DNA of 33,235 nt from Candidatus Aenigmatarchaeota archaeon (GTDB taxonomy: Archaea > Aenigmatarchaeota > Aenigmatarchaeia > GW2011-AR5 > JACRMX01). Position numbers and translations under genes: made by a program. This document shows positions 25,523 to 33,235 of the stretch, in pieces; within the stretch, counting starts at the first letter, position 1; every line of letters starts with the position of its first letter. The stretch lies in NCBI GenBank assembly GCA_016219485.1, contig JACRMX010000035.1, forward strand, positions 1-33,235, in the 5' to 3' direction. Under the pieces are notes generated by a model. That model had not been told where the DNA came from. It worked only from the letters and a program-made list of their open reading frames with translations, and did not search any database.

Positions 25523-26992
25523 TTACCTCATTTCAAAAATTTTTTCCTTTTTAGCGATTCTTGAAGCCAGCCTAAACTTATGGCTTTTCTGCGCATATAT
25601 TGTGAACAATATATCATTTTTACGGACGCGGCTCCCAAGTTTTTTGTTCAGGAGAATTCCAGCAGCTTTGTCTTTTGGTGCCCCTGCTGCTTTGGCTACG
25701 TAGACAAGGATTTTGTTATTCATAGCCTTTACTATACCGCTTTTTACAGACCTTATCGGCATGCTGTATTTTCCGATTTCGATATCTTCCGGCATTATCA
25801 TTGGATCTCCGCCCTGGGCTTCTATTATCTGCCTCATTTTTTTCTCTGCGATGCCACTTTTCCAGATTTTAACTACAGTTTTTTCATCACCCATTCTGTT
25901 TATTTTAAGCATCTCACCGGCAATCCGTGTTACTTTTTGAATAAGGTCATATGGCGCTGTTTCTATATTTATAAGTGACTGCAGAGCCTCCCTTGCTTCA
26001 AGGCTGGGGCCCAATGCATATCCAACCGGCTGTTCTGCACTAGTTTTCACGCATTTTACTCTTATACCGAGTTTTTTTCCGGTGTGCATAAACATCCGCG
26101 ACATTTTTCTGAACTCATACCCTGTTTTGACCTTGGCATATAACCCTTCAGGGATGTCTATTACAACTGACATGGCTCCAACAACCTTTTTTTTGCTTAT
26201 GACTGAAGGTATCAGGAGAGGGTCCAGTGAAAGCGGCCTTTCTATTTGTATGAAAAGGTCGTCTACAGGAGCGAGCTCTACTGAACCTCCCCAGACAAGG
26301 CAGCCCATGGTTTTTTTAACAACCTTTTTCATTTCTTCCCTTCCAAGGTCTACAGGAGCAAGCACCTCCATCCTGTCTGCTGTTCCAGCAGGGTCAGTTA
26401 TTGCGCGCGAAGATGTTTTTGGTACAGTCAGTCCGGCAGCAGCTGCTATCGGGACAACAAGCAATGATGTTTTGTCTCCAGGCACTCCACCTATGCTGTG
26501 TTTGTCTGCAACTATTCCCGGAAACTGCAATTTATCGCTCATGTCTGCCATGACTTTTGTCATTGCAACATTCTCATTCAGGCTCATGCCATTTATGGTC
26601 AGCGCTGTTATGAAGCTTGCGAGCTCCAGATCGTTGAGGTCCCTTTCCATAACGTCTAGAGAAATCGCTTTAAACTCCTTATAACCTAGGCTCTTGCCCA
26701 AGACTTTTTTCTTAATGTACTGTTTGGATATGAGCTCGCCCCTTGGTGTTGCAGTCAGATAGTTGCCATTTTTAAGGGAGAGCATCTCCCTTACTTCTTC
26801 ATATACCACTATTTCCCCGCGCTTAACAAACTTATTTGTGATGTTGACTATGACTGTGATGCATCTACTGCCTTTTTTTAGTACAATTCTGTCCAATGGA
26901 TAGACTCCAAGCTCTTCTGCGTCCTCTTTGTTTATTATGGCAATGGTTTTTCCACCTGCATCCAGCTGTGGAAGAATAACTTTAAGCCTCAT
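25523..26992 (-). CDS. AMP phosphorylase (thymidine phosphorylase family)
   Basis: N-terminal double-psi-barrel-like extension, DKHSIGGVPGDKT, PKTSSRAIT..AGTAD.MEVL, GAP.DK.AG; start ATG 26992. Confidence 0.92.
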   Translation of the reverse strand: MRLKVILPQLDAGGKTIAIINKEDAEELGVYPLDRIVLKKGSRCITVIVNITNKFVKRGEIVVYEEVREMLSLKNGNYLTATPRGELISKQYIKKKVLGKSLGYKEFKAISLDVMERDLNDLELASFITALTINGMSLNENVAMTKVMADMSDKLQFPGIVADKHSIGGVPGDKTSLLVVPIAAAAGLTVPKTSSRAITDPAGTADRMEVLAPVDLGREEMKKVVKKTMGCLVWGGSVELAPVDDLFIQIERPLSLDPLLIPSVISKKKVVGAMSVVIDIPEGLYAKVKTGYEFRKMSRMFMHTGKKLGIRVKCVKTSAEQPVGYALGPSLEAREALQSLINIETAPYDLIQKVTRIAGEMLKINRMGDEKTVVKIWKSGIAEKKMRQIIEAQGGDPMIMPEDIEIGKYSMPIRSVKSGIVKAMNNKILVYVAKAAGAPKDKAAGILLNKKLGSRVRKNDILFTIYAQKSHKFRLASRIAKKEKIFEMR

Positions 26993-27762
26993 TCCAATAA
27001 CCTCATGATATCCTTTGGTTTTTTTATCCCCTCTTCTGTTATAACAGCACGAATATATTTCCATGGAGTTTCATCAAACGCTGGGTTCAGTATTTTAACA
27101 CCAGCTATTTTACTACAAACCTCATCTGCTGGCCTCATTTCTATTTTGAATTTCTCTCTTCTGTCCAATTTCATTGTGGAAGCAGCAACGTAGACAGGTT
27201 TTCCAAACTCATTAGCAGTAATAGCTAATGGACAAGTACCGATTTTATTTATTAATTTATTACGAAGCGCGTCCGCGCCGACCAATACCAAATCAACATC
27301 AGGCATAAAGTATCCGACAGCAGAATCCACAATTAGTGTTACAGGTATCCCAGCTTTCACAAGTTCCCTTGCAGTAAGTTTGCCCTGCTCTCTTGGTTCT
27401 GTCATTGTGGCAATTACTCTTATTTTTTTGTCTCTCGCTTTTTTAATGACAGCCAGTGTTGAAGAAGAATGACAATGTGTCATTATTATTGCATTTCTTT
27501 TTACAAGCTTCTGGCCATGCTCAGCCATTTTATCAGTAGTGGTTTTTATCTCTTCCAGAAGATCATTTATGTTTCTGCCTTTCCTAAGTTCATCCATGAT
27601 GTTGTATAATGCAACAGCTGTTGGCCGTGCAGCAAGAAGTTTTTTAGCTTCTTTGTTAAAGGATTTCTTTCCACCATGCTTCTTAAGATGTTTAAGAGAA
27701 GCAATAGCAATTTCGCTGGCACCTCGTATTCTCATTGACTTTATGTCATTTACAGTAGACAT
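26989..27762 (-). CDS. Ribose-1,5-bisphosphate isomerase (eIF2B-like)
   Basis: IRGA, RPTA, THCHSS, EPR.QG, VGAD, NKIGT, NPAFD.TP; overlaps AMP phosphorylase start. Confidence 0.85.
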   Translation of the reverse strand: MSTVNDIKSMRIRGASEIAIASLKHLKKHGGKKSFNKEAKKLLAARPTAVALYNIMDELRKGRNINDLLEEIKTTTDKMAEHGQKLVKRNAIIMTHCHSSSTLAVIKKARDKKIRVIATMTEPREQGKLTARELVKAGIPVTLIVDSAVGYFMPDVDLVLVGADALRNKLINKIGTCPLAITANEFGKPVYVAASTMKLDRREKFKIEMRPADEVCSKIAGVKILNPAFDETPWKYIRAVITEEGIKKPKDIMRLLE

Positions 27763-27802
27763 GGATAAATTATTGCTCGTAAGAATATAAAATTTCAGAC
27801 GA

Positions 27803-27939
27803 GAGTTTTGAAAAACCCTATCTCGTAAACAAGCTGAATATAGATTTTGTCAGAACGTTTTTTTCTGCTTTCCCCTCAATTATTAGGGGAAAGAGAAAAA
27901 AACCGTATGTAATTGGAAGAACAGGAGTTTTTCAAAGTC
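27803..27939 (+). repeat. Intergenic palindromic repeat, copy 4
   Basis: GAGTTTTGAAAAACCCTATC...TTTTTTTCTGCTTTCCCCTC-AATTATT-AGGGGAAAGAGAAAAAAACCG...GAGTTTTTCAAAGTC. Confidence 0.9.
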
Positions 27940-27940
27940 T

Positions 27941-28960
27941 TCAGACTTCTCTCAGCTCATAATCCATTGTTCCAAGGCCTATTTTTTCGCTGTATTCTAG
28001 TATGTGCTTCCCATTCCTATGGTTGTGTGCTTTGAAAGGGTCTTTGCCAAAATTCTTTTCAACGAGCTCAAGCGATGCTGTGTCTATGGCAACAGGGTCC
28101 CTGGAAAAAACTATTCCAATATCCTTCATAAATGGCTTCTGCTTTCTCTTCACACAGTCACATCGGTATGTCATATCTGTCAGAAAATTGATGTACCACA
28201 TGCACCTTCCTTTTACAGCAGCAGCGGCATACTCTGCCATCTTTTCCATGAGCCTTTCGCTTGTATCGTTTCCGAAAGGGACTCGTACGGCTTTTCTTGG
28301 GCACACTGCGATGCACATTGCGCACCCTATACATTTTTCTTTTGATATAACAGCCTTGCCTTTTTCCATGTCTATTGCATGAACATTGCAGTTTTCTTTG
28401 CACAGTGCGCATCCTCTACATTTTTCTGCATCTATCACAGGCATTACAGAAGAATGCATGTCAAGTTTTCCTGGCCTTGAGCCAAGCCCCATGCCGATGT
28501 TTTTGATAGCGCCGCCAAATCCGGATATTATATGCCCTTTGAAATGAGAGAGGACTACTATGCTTCTATATTTTTCAATGCCCCTGCCTATTTTTGCATT
28601 TTTAGTCAGGCCTATGTTTATAGGAATTTCTACTGTTTCCTCACCCTTTTTGCCGTTCAGAATGTCTATTTCAATGAAGCCAAACCCGTGTTCTTTTGCA
28701 ACCGCTATATGGTCATCTGTAAACGTTCTCCTGCCCCTATAAAGCACATTACACTCAATAAAAACAGGGTCGCTAAAGAATTTTTTCACGTCTTTTAGCC
28801 ATTCGGGATTTATGTACGTGGTGTTTTTTTCTTCTCCAAAATGAATCTTTAGCCCAACTGTTGCTGTGCTGCTTCCCATTTCCTTTGCTATTCTTTCAAA
28901 GAAATTGTTTACCCCTGTCTTTATGTTATTCACGTCCTTGTAAAAATAAACCAGTGACAT
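27941..28960 (-). CDS. DUF362 family protein with 2x[4Fe-4S] ferredoxin insert
   Basis: KIHFGE, SHFKGH..GFGGAIKN..MG, CxxCxxCxxxC twice, CDC, DPVAID. Confidence 0.87.
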   Translation of the reverse strand: MSLVYFYKDVNNIKTGVNNFFERIAKEMGSSTATVGLKIHFGEEKNTTYINPEWLKDVKKFFSDPVFIECNVLYRGRRTFTDDHIAVAKEHGFGFIEIDILNGKKGEETVEIPINIGLTKNAKIGRGIEKYRSIVVLSHFKGHIISGFGGAIKNIGMGLGSRPGKLDMHSSVMPVIDAEKCRGCALCKENCNVHAIDMEKGKAVISKEKCIGCAMCIAVCPRKAVRVPFGNDTSERLMEKMAEYAAAAVKGRCMWYINFLTDMTYRCDCVKRKQKPFMKDIGIVFSRDPVAIDTASLELVEKNFGKDPFKAHNHRNGKHILEYSEKIGLGTMDYELREV

Positions 28961-29008
28961 AGGAAAATTCTATGTGGAATCATATAAAAAAGTTTATCCG
29001 AACAAAGT

Positions 29009-31193
<2,185 letters not shown>

Positions 31194-31195
31194 TT

Positions 31196-32017
31196 ATGGT
31201 TGTGTTTGTAAACAGGAAAATACTATCAGTTGTCTATGCACCGAGGCCAAAAGAAAGCAGAAAAGGAGATTTCGGGCGCGTTCTTGTTGTAGGCGGCTCA
31301 TATACAGGAGCTCCTGCGCTTGTTGCTATGGCAGCCCTGAGGTCCGGAGCAGACATAGTCAGGGTTGCTGCGCCATGGAAACAGGCAGGCATAATTGCAG
31401 GATTTTCCCCGAATATAATAACAGAGGAGCTGGACTCATCACACATAGAAAGCCAGCATGTTAAAAATTTAATTGAGCTTTCAAAAAAATCCGATGTGAT
31501 TTCCATAGGATCCGGGCTTGGGGAGAAGTCAAAACCAGCAGCAAAATCGTTCATAAGCAAATGCGATAAGCCGATGGTTGTGGACGCTGAGGCTATCCCG
31601 CTTCTCAGGGGTATAAAGAAGAAGCATGTAATAATCACGCCGCATGCAACCGAATTTGAAATGCTTGCAGGAGAACATCTTCCAAAAAAACTGGAAGAGA
31701 GAACAGCTGCTGTTGAAAAGCTATCTTCAAAACTCGGAACCATATTGCTAAAAGGTCCGGTTGACATAATTTCAAACGGCATAAAAACAGCGCACAACAC
31801 GACAGGAAACCCTTACATGACTGTTGGTGGCACAGGCGATGTGCTCGCAGGCATATGTGCATCCCTTCTTGCGCAAAAGACAGATGTATTCTATGCTGCA
31901 TGCGCTGCTGCTTACATAAATGGTTTTGCCGGGGATCTGGCAGCAAAACGTCTTGGCCCCTCAATGCTTGCGACAGATGTGGTGGACGAGATAGCCAATG
32001 CAATAAGGATCAGATAA
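31196..32017 (+). CDS. nnrD: ADP-dependent NAD(P)H-hydrate dehydratase
   Basis: KGDFGRVLVVGG, GAP, IGSGLG, VVDAEA, ITPH..EF, LLKG, GGTGDVLAG. Confidence 0.92.
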   Translation: MVVFVNRKILSVVYAPRPKESRKGDFGRVLVVGGSYTGAPALVAMAALRSGADIVRVAAPWKQAGIIAGFSPNIITEELDSSHIESQHVKNLIELSKKSDVISIGSGLGEKSKPAAKSFISKCDKPMVVDAEAIPLLRGIKKKHVIITPHATEFEMLAGEHLPKKLEERTAAVEKLSSKLGTILLKGPVDIISNGIKTAHNTTGNPYMTVGGTGDVLAGICASLLAQKTDVFYAACAAAYINGFAGDLAAKRLGPSMLATDVVDEIANAIRIR

Positions 32018-32138
32018 TTTTTGTCATCGTTGTGGATGAGCATACAGGGCATTTGGCTGTTCTATATGCCCATTCGAATTCACATTCTTTACAGTGCCAT
32101 GCCTCTAAATATGTCTTATTATATTTTTTCTTGGCCAC
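32010..32138 (-). CDS. 42-aa zinc-ribbon microprotein
   Basis: GGGTGAT SD, GTG start, MAKKKYNKTYLEAWHCKECEFEWAYRTAKCPVCSSTTMTKII*; two CxxC; not in ORF track. Confidence 0.7.
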   Translation of the reverse strand: MAKKKYNKTYLEAWHCKECEFEWAYRTAKCPVCSSTTMTKII

Positions 32139-32268
32139 TTTATCACCCAGATTCCACACATTCGTGACCCTACCCCAAAAGAATCAATATTACTTATAGC
32201 TTTCCTGCTATTTAAAGAAATTTTTTTATATTCGGTATAAATTATTAATGCAACATCATAATAAATGT

Positions 32269-32847
32269 ATGAGGCTCATTTTGGTTAGGCATGGCGAAAC
32301 AGATGAAAATGCAAAAGAAATTGTGCAGGGGCATACGGATACGCTGCTGAACGAAAAGGGGAAAGAGCAGGCCAGAAAAGTTTCGCTAAGGCTCAAGGAT
32401 GAAAAAATAGATATGATTTTTTCAAGCGACCTCAGGAGAGCAAGGGAAACAGCAGAAGAAATATCCAAATTTCATAACGTTCCTGTGAAACTATCAAAAG
32501 AGCTCAGGGAAAGGAATTACGGATCTGTTGAGCTCAAATTCGTAAGAGAGTATAGTGATATACTTGAAAAAAGCGGAAAAGCCAGATACGCCTTTAAGCC
32601 CGAAGGCGGAGAAAGTTTCCCAGATGTCGTGGAACGTGCAAAAAGATTTCTTGAAAAAATTCAGAAATACGAAGGCAAAACTGTTGTTATAGTCTCCCAT
32701 GGAGGTTTCATAAGAATGCTTCTCAGTCTACTCACAGGAAAGAGCATGGAAGAGGCGGGCTCAATAAAAATTTACAATACCGCTGTAAGCATAATCGAAG
32801 CTGACAAAGAGCATATAATAAACTGTACAAAGCATCTCGATCAGTAA
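32269..32847 (+). CDS. Histidine phosphatase (phosphoglycerate mutase superfamily)
   Basis: LVRHGET, SSDL.RA.ETA, LRER.YG, GGES, VSHGG. Confidence 0.9.
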   Translation: MRLILVRHGETDENAKEIVQGHTDTLLNEKGKEQARKVSLRLKDEKIDMIFSSDLRRARETAEEISKFHNVPVKLSKELRERNYGSVELKFVREYSDILEKSGKARYAFKPEGGESFPDVVERAKRFLEKIQKYEGKTVVIVSHGGFIRMLLSLLTGKSMEEAGSIKIYNTAVSIIEADKEHIINCTKHLDQ

Positions 32848-33235
32848 ATATCCATGTACTTATCCAGTTCCCATCTGGTTACCTGTGTTTTGAATTCATC
32901 CCATTCGCTCGTTTTTATTTTAATATACCTGTCAAACAGGTGGCTTCCAAGCGTTTCGCGAATAAGGCCGTCTCTTTTCATTTCGTTCAGCGCCTCGAAC
33001 AGGGAGGATGGTAAAATGTCTATATTTCTGTTTATCAGGCTTTCACTATCAAGCTTATAGACATCCTCCTCAATAGGCTCTGGCGGCTGTAGTCCCTTTC
33101 TTATTCCATCCAGACCAGCCCTGAGCATCACTGCAAATGCCAGGTAGGGGTTGCATGACGGGTCAGGGCATCTCAGCTCAATCCTTGCTGATTTTGGCCT
33201 TTGCTTGAACCACTGCGGAACTCTTATCAGTGCTG
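32841..33235 (-). CDS. glnA: Glutamine synthetase type I, C-terminal part (runs off window)
   Basis: ALIRVP...RIELRCPDPSCNPYLAFAVML.AGLDGI, LP.SL.EAL, VT.WE...Y. Confidence 0.92.
   Translation of the reverse strand, partial: ALIRVPQWFKQRPKSARIELRCPDPSCNPYLAFAVMLRAGLDGIRKGLQPPEPIEEDVYKLDSESLINRNIDILPSSLFEALNEMKRDGLIRETLGSHLFDRYIKIKTSEWDEFKTQVTRWELDKYMDIY

Noticed and set aside
26989-27762. Translation factor aIF-2B or methylthioribose-phosphate isomerase
   Set aside because: Coupling to AMP phosphorylase and THCHSS motif favour ribose-1,5-bisphosphate isomerase.
595-27939. Repeats as a CRISPR array
   Set aside because: Dispersed, over 120 bp, no regular repeat-spacer period and no cas genes in the window.

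Overview
Archaeal chromosomal window; gene content (Nop5/fibrillarin, S17e, pelota, Pth2, AMP phosphorylase + ribose-1,5-bisphosphate isomerase, bacterial-type GAPDH, classical mevalonate enzymes, intron-rich tRNAs) suggests a DPANN lineage, possibly Aenigmarchaeota-like (inference). The backbone is housekeeping. The most interesting signals are: (1) an unannotated 24-codon ORF ending in IINIILII* just upstream of a cimA-ileS operon, with a small hairpin over the cimA Shine-Dalgarno, i.e. a candidate archaeal isoleucine-sensing leader-peptide attenuator; (2) a 119-nt tRNA-Leu(CAA) intron with a k-turn D'/C' motif and a 9-nt antisense element whose D+5 position falls on wobble C34 of its own pre-tRNA (candidate intron-encoded C/D guide); (3) a complete 3.3-kb IS6-family element (25-bp TIRs, 8-bp TSD) carrying an RHH regulator, a beta-class MTase and an SphI-like HNH endonuclease, with a frameshifted transposase, inserted inside one of four copies of a ~125-190-bp palindromic intergenic repeat; (4) tRNA introns at non-canonical positions (15/16, variable arm, 59/60), some sharing motifs with each other and with the repeat; (5) an AT-rich TrmB/radical SAM islet with attC-like remnants. 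All assignments are by eye from motifs; no searches were run.
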